Shown: piece by piece, positions 8,307 through 17,888 of the stretch
Numbering within the stretch: the first letter of the stretch is position 1
Layout of the letters: the number at the start of each line of letters is the position of its first letter
Assembly (NCBI GenBank): GCA_963809485.1
Contig: CAWEJX010000001.1
Span: 502,091-566,090 of the forward strand
Reading direction: 5' to 3'
Source: an uncultured Acidobacteriota bacterium
GTDB taxonomy: Bacteria; Acidobacteriota; UBA6911
Length of the DNA: 64,000 bases
Program-made: the position numbers and the translations under genes
The notes under the pieces: model-generated
What the model saw: only the letters and a program-made list of their open reading frames with translations
Databases searched by the model: none
What the model was told of the DNA's origin: nothing

Positions 8307-10571
8307 ATGGCGGCGGCAATCCGTTCCGATTCGATAAAAGTGATTCTGGTGGGGAATCCCAATGTAGGCAAGTCTGTTATTTTCAGAATGTTGACGGGCA
8401 ATTACGTGCTGGTTTCCAATTTTCCCGGAACAACCGTGGAGGTATCCCGGGGCAGGATGCAGATCGGGGGAAAAAGCTATCAGATCATAGACACGCCCGG
8501 CGTGAACAGCCTTCTTCCGCAGTCGGAGGATGAACGGGTCGCATGCGAGATTCTGCTGCGCGAAAAACCGGACGTGATTGTTCAGGTCGCTGATGCCAAA
8601 AACCTGCGCCGCACGCTGCTGATCACTTCGCAGCTTGTGGAGTTTGGAATCCCGCTGGTTCTCGTCCTGAACATGATCGATGAAGCCGAGGAACGGGGTA
8701 TCGAGATCGATTCCGAAGGTTTGTCAAAGCTGTTTTCCGTACCTGTAGTGGAAACGGTAGCGATTTATTCCAGGGGAAGGAAGCAGCTGCTGAATGCGAT
8801 ACAGACCGCAGAAAGGCCCTGCAATCCGCTTCGCGACCTGCATGCCGGCGAAAAGAGCGGCCTCTCGCTGGACAGCCTGGCTGCACCTGCCCTGCTTTCG
8901 GTTGAGTGGATGGCGGAAGCGGACCGGGAGCTTGTACGAACAATCGCTGAATCCATAGGCCCTGAAGCATTCACCCGGCTGCAGGAATGGCAAACGGCTT
9001 TTCGTGCCGCAGCCCATACCAGCCCGGCACGGGAGATCGAGGAAGCCAGAAACAGGTTGCTCGACCAGCTGGTGCCCTCGTTCAAAAAAAGGAGGCAAAT
9101 CCGCTTCCTGGAAAAAAACGGGAGCCTTCAGCGCTTCTGGATGAGCCTGCTGGTTTTCGGGCTGTTCCTCTTCGCCTGGAATGAACTCGGGGGCCTTCTG
9201 CACATCCCGACGCCTTATACTGCCATACTTCAGATGGCCGGGAACCGCCTGGATGCATCCATAAGCGCGAGCTATCCGCGGGATAGCCTGATTCGCAGCT
9301 TCCTGCTGGAGAAAAATCCGCAGGGACGGCTCGAATACGGGCTCATTCCTGCAGCAATCCACTTCCTGCTTTTCATCGCTCCCATTCTCGTGCCCCTGGG
9401 CGTACTGCTTATTAGAAGCCGGAGTTTTGCCCACGAACTGGGAATCCTGACGCGGCGCGCATCAACCGGAATTCCGATACTCCTGGTCGTGCTCCTGCTG
9501 CTCTATGAATTCGTCGGCTACACCGGCGCGCAGATTTTCGTCGGCCTCCTGGAAGATGTGCTGTTCGGCCGGTATCTTATCCCATATTTGCAGACGCTGC
9601 TTTCCCCGGGATTTTTCTCGCAGCTGATCGCGGGCAGATATGGCCTTGTATCCATGGGATTGACTTACGCCCTGGGAATCGTCCTGCCGGTCGTGGGAGC
9701 TTTTTTTATAGCATTCGGACTGCTCGAGGACAGCGGTTACCTGCCGAGGCTTTCCATTCTTTCGGACCGGCTGATGAGGATTATGGGACTGAACGGAAAG
9801 GCTGTCCTGCCGATGGTTCTGGGTTTCGGATGCGGCACGATGGCCACGATGTCCACACGAATCCTCAACTCCAAACGGGAAAGGCTCATCGCCATACTGC
9901 TTCTCGCTCTGGGGATCCCCTGTTCTGCTCAGCTGGGCGTGCTTCTGGGAATCGCCTCCGGCATATCGCGGAAAGCGACGCTCATAGTCCTTGGAGTAGT
10001 GGCTTCTCAACTTTTGCTCGTCGGCTACCTCGCATCGAGGATCATCCCCGGCAAACCCGGCGAATTCATTTTCGAGATCCCGCCTATCCGGGTGCCGCAA
10101 TTCAAAAATGTCTTGCTTAAAACCTGGTACCGGATCCAATGGTACCTGAAAGAAGCCGTGCCCTTATTCCTGATTGGAACGCTTGTCCTTTTCCTGTTGG
10201 ACACCGTTCACTTCATGGAAAAGAGCCTGCTTATGTGGATACAGGCGGCGATGGAACCAGTCCTGAGCGGTCTGCTGCACCTTCCCTCTCAAGCCGCCGG
10301 GATATTTCTTCTGGGATTCCTGCGGCGCGATTACGGAGCCGCAGGGCTCTACGACCTTGCCAGAGAGGGAATGCTGAACGGGCAGCAGATCGTGGTCAGC
10401 ATGATCGTGCTTACGCTTTTCGTGCCCTGCCTGGCCAGTTTCCTCATGATCATCAAGGAGCAGGGATTGAAACGGGCGCTCGCAATTACGGGATTTATTG
10501 TCCCGTTTTCAATTATGGTGGGCGCCGTTGTCGGCTGGATTTTGAGAGCGTTTAACATACAGTTTAACTAG
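8307..10571 (+). CDS. feoB: Ferrous iron transport protein B
   Basis: GNPNVGKS, NFPGTTVE, DTPG, NMID, LEDSGYLPR, GFGC and PCSAQ motifs. Confidence 0.95.
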   Translation: MAAAIRSDSIKVILVGNPNVGKSVIFRMLTGNYVLVSNFPGTTVEVSRGRMQIGGKSYQIIDTPGVNSLLPQSEDERVACEILLREKPDVIVQVADAKNLRRTLLITSQLVEFGIPLVLVLNMIDEAEERGIEIDSEGLSKLFSVPVVETVAIYSRGRKQLLNAIQTAERPCNPLRDLHAGEKSGLSLDSLAAPALLSVEWMAEADRELVRTIAESIGPEAFTRLQEWQTAFRAAAHTSPAREIEEARNRLLDQLVPSFKKRRQIRFLEKNGSLQRFWMSLLVFGLFLFAWNELGGLLHIPTPYTAILQMAGNRLDASISASYPRDSLIRSFLLEKNPQGRLEYGLIPAAIHFLLFIAPILVPLGVLLIRSRSFAHELGILTRRASTGIPILLVVLLLLYEFVGYTGAQIFVGLLEDVLFGRYLIPYLQTLLSPGFFSQLIAGRYGLVSMGLTYALGIVLPVVGAFFIAFGLLEDSGYLPRLSILSDRLMRIMGLNGKAVLPMVLGFGCGTMATMSTRILNSKRERLIAILLLALGIPCSAQLGVLLGIASGISRKATLIVLGVVASQLLLVGYLASRIIPGKPGEFIFEIPPIRVPQFKNVLLKTWYRIQWYLKEAVPLFLIGTLVLFLLDTVHFMEKSLLMWIQAAMEPVLSGLLHLPSQAAGIFLLGFLRRDYGAAGLYDLAREGMLNGQQIVVSMIVLTLFVPCLASFLMIIKEQGLKRALAITGFIVPFSIMVGAVVGWILRAFNIQFN

Positions 10572-10579
10572 TCCGCATC

Positions 10580-11260
10580 ATGGGATCGGCCATGGAAAAC
10601 ATAATATCAGAGGAAATTGCGGAAGTGCTCGAAACCGTCTGGACCCTGCAGGAACAGGGAACGGCCACCGTGGATCAAGTGGTCCGGAATACAGCAAAGC
10701 CGGTGTCCGGGGAACTCCTCCAGACACTTGCGGCCGGAGGGCTCCTTGCCATCGACGTTTCCGGGCGTGTCCGGTTGCTGCCTGAAGCCCGTCACCAGGC
10801 GGAACGGATCATCCGCCGCCACCGCCTTGCGGAAAGGCTGATCTGCGATGTGCTTGGTTCGCATGTTGACGACAGCGAGGCTGCGGCTTGCGAATACGAG
10901 CATCTGCTGGCCGAAGGGATCACGAACTCGATCTGCACCCTGCTTGGGCACCCGCGTTACTGTCCTCACAATAAGCCTATACCTGAAGGAGACTGCTGCC
11001 GGCAGGCCAGGGACGAGTTGAAGCCGCTCGTGGTTCCCTGTAACCAGTTGCGTGTCGGCGAATCTGCGCGTGTGGCATATTTCTCGGCGCGCGATCATTC
11101 CCGGCTTCTGAAGCTCTCAGCCCTGGGCATCACACCGGGCGTGGCGCTGAAGCTCATTCAGAAGTGGCCTGCCTGTGTCGTGCAGTGCGAGGAAACCGAG
11201 ATCGCTCTGGAGCCGGAGGTGGCACAGAATATCTACGTCTGGCAGACCCCTAAAGAATGA
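10580..11260 (+). CDS. DtxR/MntR-family metal-dependent regulator with C-terminal FeoA domain
   Basis: RRHRLAERL, ACEYEH and CPHNKPIP motifs; C-terminal KLSALGITPG FeoA-like motif; directly after feoB. Confidence 0.88.
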   Translation: MGSAMENIISEEIAEVLETVWTLQEQGTATVDQVVRNTAKPVSGELLQTLAAGGLLAIDVSGRVRLLPEARHQAERIIRRHRLAERLICDVLGSHVDDSEAAACEYEHLLAEGITNSICTLLGHPRYCPHNKPIPEGDCCRQARDELKPLVVPCNQLRVGESARVAYFSARDHSRLLKLSALGITPGVALKLIQKWPACVVQCEETEIALEPEVAQNIYVWQTPKE

Positions 11261-11290
11261 TTCGGGATTCGAAACTCAAATCCCGGATCA
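11258..11290. terminator. Hairpin between convergent genes
   Basis: TGATTCGGGATT / AATCCCGGATCA inverted repeat whose ends are the two stop codons. Confidence 0.55.
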
Positions 11291-13648
11291 CAGGTCGATC
11301 TTTCGCAGCCTGAGAGCATTGCTGATTACGGAAACAGAACTGAAGGTCATAGCAGCGCTTGCAATCATCGGATTCAGCAGCAATCCCAAAACGGGATAAA
11401 GGGCACCGGCCGCGACAGGCAATCCGAGCGTATTGTACAGGAACGCGAAAAACAGATTCTGACGTATGTTTTTCATCACATTACGGCTAAGTTTCCGTGC
11501 GCGCACAACGCCGCGCAGGTCGCCTTTCAGGAGGGTGATGCCGGCGCTCTGAATCGCCACGTCCGTCCCTGTCCCCATCGCAATTCCCACATGGGCACGG
11601 GCCAGCGCAGGCGCATCGTTGATGCCGTCCCCTGCCATGGCGACGAACCTGCCCTGAGACTGCAGCTGCCCGATAATTTCCTCCTTCCGGCCCGGAGACA
11701 CTTCGGCTTCGACTGCGTCGATTTTCAGCTGCCGGGCAACGTTTTCCGCCGCGGCTATGCTGTCCCCGGTCAGCATAACCAGGCGGACGCCCTGTCTGTG
11801 CAATTCTTCGACAGCCTCTGCTGCAGACGGCTTGATTGGATCCGAAACGCCCAGAAGCCCGGCGGGGGCGTCGTCAATCCAGACAAACATGACGGCCTGG
11901 CCATTCTTTTCCAGGTCTTCCGCTTCCCCGGAAAGCCCTGCGGCGCTCGCGCCAAATTCCTCCAGCATCGCCCTGTTGCCGATTGCCATTCTGTGTCCGT
12001 CCACGACGCCTTTGATGCCCTTTCCGGCAAAAGAACGGAATTCGCCCGTTTTGGAGAGGGTCAGCCCCCGGTCTGCAGCCGCGGACAAAATCGCTGCCGC
12101 AAGGGCATGCTCGCTTCCCTGTTCAAGGCTGGCCGAGAGGCGCAGCAGTTCAGATTCCGTCCATCCTGCCGATGCCTCAATGGAAATCAGCCTGGGCTTT
12201 CCCTCGGTAAGCGTGCCTGTCTTATCGAAAACCAGGGTATCGATCTTCTCCAGCAGCTCGAGAGCTTCCGCATTTTTAATCAGCACGCCAGCTCTTGCGC
12301 CCCTTCCCGTTCCCACCATTATGGACATGGGCGTAGCCAGTCCGAGGGCGCAGGGGCATGCGATGATTAGTACGGCCACTGCGCTGACCAGACCATAAAC
12401 CCAGCGGGGTTCCGGTCCAATCCATCCCCAGATAAGGAATGTCGCCACAGACACTAAAACGACTGCCGGGACAAACCAGGAGGATACCTTGTCGGCCAGT
12501 CTCTGGATAGGCGCGCGGCTGCGTTGTGCTTCATGAACCATCTGGACAATATGGGCGAGCAGCGTATCGTTCCCCACCTTTTCGGCCACCATGATAAAGC
12601 TTCCGTTGCCGTTGACGGTTCCACCCGTCACTTTGCTTCCCCTAAGTTTTTCCACGGGAATCGGCTCGCCGGTGACCATGGATTCGTCAACGAAGCTGTC
12701 TCCATCGATGATCTTTCCATCCACGGGCACCTTTTCACCAGGACGAACGCGCAATTGGTCTCCGGGTTTTACCTGGTCGAGAGGGACGTCCCGTTCGGAT
12801 CCCCTGCCGTCAACAATCCGTGCTGTCTTCGGAGCGAGCCCCAGCAATGCCCGAATGGCGCTGCCGGTCCTGCTCCGGGCGCGAAGCTCGAGGACCTGTC
12901 CCAAGAGTACAAGAGTCGTGATAACCGCCGCGGCCTCGAAATAGACCTCCGGTTTGCCGTGGTGACCGCGAAACGATTCCGGCAGCAGTTCCGGCAGCAG
13001 CGTGACAAATACGCTGTAGACATAGGCAGTGCCGGTACCCAGCGCGATGAGAGTAAACATGTTCAGGCTGTGGTTCACTAACGACCTCCAGCCCCTTTGG
13101 AAAAAGGGCCATCCGCCCCATAGCACAACCGGGGTTGCCAGAACAAACTGGAGCCACACTCCTCCTTGAAGTTTGGCCTTGAGGAGCATCTCACCCATGG
13201 CAAGCAACAGAAGCGGGGCAGTCAGAATGAGACTAATCCGGAACCTGTTTTTCATGGCAATCAGATCCGGGTTTTCCTCATCTTCAAGGCCGACCCTTTG
13301 GGGCTCAAGCGCCATGCCGCATTTTGGACAGGAGCCCGGTGTGCTTTGCCGGACCTCCGGATCCATGGGGCAAACATAGAGTCTGCCCGCCTCCGGCCTT
13401 TCAGCTTGCGGAGACATTTCTTCCTTCGAGGGCTGGTCAGGTGACAGAAATTTTTCGGGATCCGAACGGAACTTCTCGAGGCACGATGGATTGCAGAAGT
13501 AGTAGGTCTGTCCCCGGTATTCCATTTTGCCGGCCGCTCTTTCGGGAGCGAACTGCATGCCGCAGACCGGATCCATAGCTACTGGAATCCTGTTTTCAGG
13601 TGATTTTGGAGCTGTAAGAACCGGCAGCTGAAATTTATCCTCGCCCAT
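11288..13648 (-). CDS. copA: Copper-translocating P1B-type ATPase with YHS and heavy-metal-binding N-terminal domains
   Basis: [45 protein letters not shown] and MxxSS motifs. Confidence 0.93.
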   Translation of the reverse strand: MGEDKFQLPVLTAPKSPENRIPVAMDPVCGMQFAPERAAGKMEYRGQTYYFCNPSCLEKFRSDPEKFLSPDQPSKEEMSPQAERPEAGRLYVCPMDPEVRQSTPGSCPKCGMALEPQRVGLEDEENPDLIAMKNRFRISLILTAPLLLLAMGEMLLKAKLQGGVWLQFVLATPVVLWGGWPFFQRGWRSLVNHSLNMFTLIALGTGTAYVYSVFVTLLPELLPESFRGHHGKPEVYFEAAAVITTLVLLGQVLELRARSRTGSAIRALLGLAPKTARIVDGRGSERDVPLDQVKPGDQLRVRPGEKVPVDGKIIDGDSFVDESMVTGEPIPVEKLRGSKVTGGTVNGNGSFIMVAEKVGNDTLLAHIVQMVHEAQRSRAPIQRLADKVSSWFVPAVVLVSVATFLIWGWIGPEPRWVYGLVSAVAVLIIACPCALGLATPMSIMVGTGRGARAGVLIKNAEALELLEKIDTLVFDKTGTLTEGKPRLISIEASAGWTESELLRLSASLEQGSEHALAAAILSAAADRGLTLSKTGEFRSFAGKGIKGVVDGHRMAIGNRAMLEEFGASAAGLSGEAEDLEKNGQAVMFVWIDDAPAGLLGVSDPIKPSAAEAVEELHRQGVRLVMLTGDSIAAAENVARQLKIDAVEAEVSPGRKEEIIGQLQSQGRFVAMAGDGINDAPALARAHVGIAMGTGTDVAIQSAGITLLKGDLRGVVRARKLSRNVMKNIRQNLFFAFLYNTLGLPVAAGALYPVLGLLLNPMIASAAMTFSSVSVISNALRLRKIDL

Positions 13649-13720
13649 ATGGTGCCCCCCTGAAACAGATTATAGCAATCTTCGAATCTTGGGGAATTAG
13701 AGGCCAGTGGATTCAGCTGA

Positions 13721-14893
13721 TTAAGGCGTATGGCCGGAGGCGTAAGTGCGGCGCAGGAAATCGGCATTTTTGCCATTGGCAGCGATTTCCTGGCAAATCG
13801 TCTTCCATTCCGATGCCGGTATGGTCAGGAACTTCTTAACAATCGATGGATCGAGTTGCGCCCCCGACATTTTTTCAATTTCCCGCCCGGCACCTTCAAT
13901 GCTTAGGGCAGCCCTGGATGGACGATTGGATGTGAGGTCTTCGAAAGCGTCTGCCACGGCAAAAATCCGTGCACCCATGTTGATCGCTTCTCCCTTCAAA
14001 CCACGGGGATACCCTGTTCCGTCATAGAGCTCATGATGATGCAGCACCAGTTGTGCGGCTCCCTTCAGGAACCCGATACTGCTCAGGATTCGGTAGCCGA
14101 CTTCGGGGTGCCTGTTCATCAGGCGACGCTCCCTTTCGGTCAGCGGCCCGGGCCGACGCAGCAACGAATCGGGTATGCCGATTTTCCCAATATCGTGCAG
14201 CAGTACGCCTTTTTCTATAATCCTGATTTCCGGTTCGCTTAGGCCCATTTGCAGGGCCAGGCGCGCCGTTAAAGCCGTCACACGCAGCGAATATCCATCC
14301 GGGTCGGCATCCCGGCTGTCCAGCGCCTTGCTCAGGGCGACAAGCGTTGAATGGTAGGTCTGTTCCAGCACTCCCAAGGCATCTCTGAGTTGGTGGGTGC
14401 GATGGGCGACCTGCTCCTCCAAAGTTCGCTGATAGAGCTGGTTCTCAAGCAGCAACCTGCGTTTCTCGAGCGCGCGGGAAATGCGTATGGACATTTCGTC
14501 CAGGCTGAACGGTTTGGTAATGTAGTCGTACGCACCCTCTTTCAGGGAACTGACGGCTACTTCAATATCCATGACGGATGTGAGCAGAACCACGGCGGTA
14601 TCGGGGCAAGTTCGCATCGCCTCCTCTAAGAGCGCGCTGCCGCCTTTCGCCGCCGTCAGAAGACCTGTCAATACCAGGTCAAATTTTTGGCCGGATAGAA
14701 GCGCAAGCGCCGCCTTTGTATCGGCGCAGCATTGGCATAGATACCCCTGGCTGATGAGCTTGCGGGCCAGGATATCCCGGACAATCCCATCCTCGTCCGC
14801 AATGAGTATTCGCACCTCGGACGCGGGAGCGCCTGCAGCGGTGCTCAGCTGCCGCCCGGAGACATTGCTCGAATCCGACATGGAAACAGACAT
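13721..14893 (-). CDS. Response regulator with receiver and HD-GYP domains (degenerate)
   Basis: Receiver domain (GAYDYITKPF) plus HDIGK and HHELYDGTGYP. Confidence 0.88.
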   Translation of the reverse strand: MSVSMSDSSNVSGRQLSTAAGAPASEVRILIADEDGIVRDILARKLISQGYLCQCCADTKAALALLSGQKFDLVLTGLLTAAKGGSALLEEAMRTCPDTAVVLLTSVMDIEVAVSSLKEGAYDYITKPFSLDEMSIRISRALEKRRLLLENQLYQRTLEEQVAHRTHQLRDALGVLEQTYHSTLVALSKALDSRDADPDGYSLRVTALTARLALQMGLSEPEIRIIEKGVLLHDIGKIGIPDSLLRRPGPLTERERRLMNRHPEVGYRILSSIGFLKGAAQLVLHHHELYDGTGYPRGLKGEAINMGARIFAVADAFEDLTSNRPSRAALSIEGAGREIEKMSGAQLDPSIVKKFLTIPASEWKTICQEIAANGKNADFLRRTYASGHTP

Positions 14894-15014
14894 GAAATGT
14901 ATCCGCCGCTGTGATCCGTTTCAGCACTGTGGATGAATTGGGACGTCCACGGTCCCAGCAATCCTTATCGACAGCAGGAGTCGATAACTTTCAGAAATTG
15001 TGACAGGCCTCACA

Positions 15015-15052
15015 TAGTGGTTAGTGGTTAGCTTTTAGGGATTAGGGATTAG
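15015..15052 (+). repeat. Left heptamer arm of the four-helix-bundle cassette
   Basis: TAGTGGT TAGTGGT TAGCTTT TAGGGAT TAGGGAT TAG. Confidence 0.92.
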
Positions 15053-15104
15053 AAAAAGTGGATCAAAGAGAAGGATGATCATTAGGATAGTATGGAGCCC
15101 CAAT

Positions 15105-15467
15105 ATGTCAGCGGCAAACTATAGCGACCTCATTGCATGGCAAAAGGCATTCAGGTTGGCATTGGCACTCTATAAGTCAAAGGCAGACTTTCCTACAGAG
15201 GAAAAATATGGGATTACGTCACAGATAAGAAGGGCTTGTATTTCGGTACCATCCAATATTGCCGAAGGGCATGGGCGCAGTTCAAAGGGCGATTTCTATC
15301 ATCATCTGTCCATCGCTCAAGGATCGCTGAAAGAGATTGAGACCCAACTTCTAATCGCCAATGCACTGGGCTATTGTGGTACAAAACAGACTTCTCTGCT
15401 CATGACGATGACGGCAGAAGTAGGCCGTCTGATCAGTGGCCTACGCAAATCACTAAAACCCCATTAA
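15105..15467 (+). CDS. Four helix bundle protein (23S rRNA-IVS-like / bAvd-like family)
   Basis: YSDLIAWQKA, FPTEEKYGITSQIRRACISVPSNIAEG, AQGSLKEIETQL; GGAG RBS before ATG 15105; visibly lower GC than its neighbours. Confidence 0.93.
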   Translation: MSAANYSDLIAWQKAFRLALALYKSKADFPTEEKYGITSQIRRACISVPSNIAEGHGRSSKGDFYHHLSIAQGSLKEIETQLLIANALGYCGTKQTSLLMTMTAEVGRLISGLRKSLKPH

Positions 15468-15492
15468 CCTATTCTCTCCCAATTCATCACTC

Positions 15493-15540
15493 CTAATCCC
15501 TAATCCCTAAACCGCTAACCACTAACCGCTAACCGCTAAC
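15493..15540 (-). repeat. Right heptamer arm of the four-helix-bundle cassette
   Basis: CTAATCC x2, CTAAACCG, CTAACCA, CTAACCG x2, CTAAC; contains the stop codon of the SPL-like gene. Confidence 0.92.
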
Positions 15541-16613
15541 AACTGGTTGAGATGCGCGGCATTGCGGGGGCGCTCGCCGAAACTCCGTTCCCAGACCGCT
15601 GCGCTTTCCATGCAGAGATAGACGAAAACTTCCGGCGCCTGCTCTCGAATCCAGGATCGCATCCGCCTGTACATCTCCTCCCGTATGGGCCGGAAGTACC
15701 GGAGCTTTCCATGATGGCCCGGAACGAACTCCCCGTAAGGGATCCTGGATTTCGGGAACCGCTTTCGAACAAGCTCCCGCAGGTGCGGGGTAAAGCGGAG
15801 CGCCCCCAGGCTCACCCAGGCGATTCTGCCCGGATCGACAGCTCGAAAGATATCTCTTACGGCTTCCCTGTAGCCCGTTTCCCATTCCTCATAAAAAATG
15901 ACAGGATCGAAATGGAATCCAACTTTGTAGCCCCATTTTTGGCACTGAACCGCCGCAGCCAGACGCGTGTCAAAAGACGGGGCCCCAAGCTCCTCCGTAG
16001 AGCAGATGTGCCTGGAATTCATCGACCATGAGACTACTGTGCGGCCGCGATGGTCCAGATCCTTCAGGTTCCCGATCTGGTCGGACTTGGTTTTAAGTTC
16101 GAGAACGGCATTGGAGTGTGCTGCGAAAAGCGGCACGATTCGCTGCGAATACCGGGTGATGGAGTCCAAAGCCAGCGAATCGGTGAGTTCCCCGGTCCCG
16201 ATTCTAAGGCTGCGCTCCGGCGAACGGTCGAGTGTCGTTCGCACCTCAGTCAGCAAATCCTCGATGTTGGTGCAAACAACCATTGCATTGTTATTCAGAT
16301 AGCACTGCAGGACGCAGTAGGTACACTCCATCGGGCAGTTCCATGCATAGCTCACGATCTTATAGTTGCAGCAGATCTCGGCACCGCTCCCCTGGCAGTT
16401 TTTTAGGAAATTCCCGGCGAATCGCATGAGAATCAGGGTATCTTTAGTATGCCTTTGCAGGTCAGCCGTGCCGTCCGGGTCGGCCGATCGGCTGTCGGCA
16501 TTTTTAATGGTGTGTGTCGGGATTCCCTGCAGCCGCTCCAGGATTTCGTGAGTGGCCCGATCCTGCCAGGATTGCTCCTGAACCAGAATTTGTTTGGGAA
16601 TATAGGGCATCAT
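15522..16613 (-). CDS. Spore photoproduct lyase-family radical SAM protein
   Basis: CPMECTYC motif, GTGELTDSL, LELKTKS, VGFHFDP, GKLRYF and YLCME motifs. Confidence 0.87.
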   Translation of the reverse strand: MMPYIPKQILVQEQSWQDRATHEILERLQGIPTHTIKNADSRSADPDGTADLQRHTKDTLILMRFAGNFLKNCQGSGAEICCNYKIVSYAWNCPMECTYCVLQCYLNNNAMVVCTNIEDLLTEVRTTLDRSPERSLRIGTGELTDSLALDSITRYSQRIVPLFAAHSNAVLELKTKSDQIGNLKDLDHRGRTVVSWSMNSRHICSTEELGAPSFDTRLAAAVQCQKWGYKVGFHFDPVIFYEEWETGYREAVRDIFRAVDPGRIAWVSLGALRFTPHLRELVRKRFPKSRIPYGEFVPGHHGKLRYFRPIREEMYRRMRSWIREQAPEVFVYLCMESAAVWERSFGERPRNAAHLNQLLAVSG

Positions 16614-16619
16614 AGGCTT

Positions 16620-16660
16620 AAAGGATCAAAGGAGCAGAGGATCAAAGGATCATAGGGCTC
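16620..16660. repeat. Degenerate octamer tandem repeat (AAAGGATC)n
   Basis: AAAGGATC AAAGGAGC AGAGGATC AAAGGATC ATAGGGCTC, immediately upstream of the SPL-like start. Confidence 0.75.
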
Positions 16661-16774
16661 AGATAATTTGTTTATAATATACACCAAGCTTTGCCCTACC
16701 CTCTGCCATCAAGTCTTGTAGTCAGGCGACAATTGCCGGCAGCATCAGCAGCGCCGCACGATCTCACGGGGCAG

Positions 16775-17746
16775 TCAGCGGACGTCAAAAAGCTCCTCCA
16801 GCACCGGCATCTGCGAGGCACTTTGAAGTGCGGCCGCCAGATTGCGAAACCGGCCCGGAGTGCTTGCATTGAATTCGACGCGCAGGCCGGGTGTTTCGAA
16901 GAAAGGATCGGTGCTTATCTCGATGGCAGCGGGCAAACCCAGCGATTTCTTCTGCTCCATGAAATGCTCCGCCGCCCGCGCAAGTCTCGGATTACGCAGC
17001 CGGTAAAGCACCTCATGCAGCCTCTCCCCTTTTTGAAAGGCGGACCAGTGCGTGTCGCTCAAGGCAGCCTGAATTTCGGCATTTTTAAGCGGTCCGGTCA
17101 ACGGGACCTCTCCCATGGCTGCCAGTTCTTCCAGCAGGTTCAGGACCTTCCTTTGCATGCTGGCGCTCAGCCGTATTTTGTCCATCAGGGCAGCTACATC
17201 TGCCTGAACGGCCCAGGGCGTCCCAGCGAGATATTCCACGCTCCCCTGGGTAAGCCGCCCATCGAGGAGACACCGACGGATATCGGGATGAAGACTGTTC
17301 AGCGACATGCAGGATAGCAATACGCTTTCGCGGGGCGTCAAATCCAGGAGCGGAAGATAACGCTCCACGATCCTCTTCTCCGACAAGGCGCAAGTATGCC
17401 TCAGCTTGAGAAGCACGCGCGCCTTTTCAAGAAGATGCAGGCGCCGGTGCGAAAGGTTGTCCCATAAAGCCAGATCAAGGGCCTGGATGGGCTTGCACTC
17501 ATTTTCGCTTAGAATTCGCGCGACAGCCGTGTTACCAAGCTGCTTCAGGGCTCTGAGACGCCGGAAACCGCACACAATGACCTTTCCCGGCTCCCGGTCC
17601 AACAGGCATACAGGATTCAGCTGCCCGATTGCGCGCAGTGAATCCAAAATGGCGGCGGAATCAAGTTCTTCGCTAATCCTGAAACTTTCATCCGAGAAAT
17701 CGATCTCTTCCAGAGGAATTTCTTTAAATGTCATGATGGGAAGCAT
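16775..17746 (-). CDS. ParB/Srx N-terminal domain protein
   Basis: IPLEEID, SLRAIGQLNPV and VCGFRRLRAL (ParB box GxRR); start uncertain (17734-17788). Confidence 0.8.
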   Translation of the reverse strand: MLPIMTFKEIPLEEIDFSDESFRISEELDSAAILDSLRAIGQLNPVCLLDREPGKVIVCGFRRLRALKQLGNTAVARILSENECKPIQALDLALWDNLSHRRLHLLEKARVLLKLRHTCALSEKRIVERYLPLLDLTPRESVLLSCMSLNSLHPDIRRCLLDGRLTQGSVEYLAGTPWAVQADVAALMDKIRLSASMQRKVLNLLEELAAMGEVPLTGPLKNAEIQAALSDTHWSAFQKGERLHEVLYRLRNPRLARAAEHFMEQKKSLGLPAAIEISTDPFFETPGLRVEFNASTPGRFRNLAAALQSASQMPVLEELFDVR

Positions 17747-17888
17747 AGCGAAATGGGGACCCGATTCACAACAGTTACCTCCATTCATTTGTTGTGTTTA
17801 AAGAGTGCTTTTGATATAAAAACGCCAGCATCATGTGGCGGAGGAAAGGCCTGTGCGGCATTCCCTCTTTTAACAAGGAGATCATGAT

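Noticed and set aside
15105-15467. Diversity-generating retroelement (Avd-like gene) or rRNA intervening sequence
   Set aside because: There is no reverse transcriptase, template/variable repeat pair or rRNA gene in the window.
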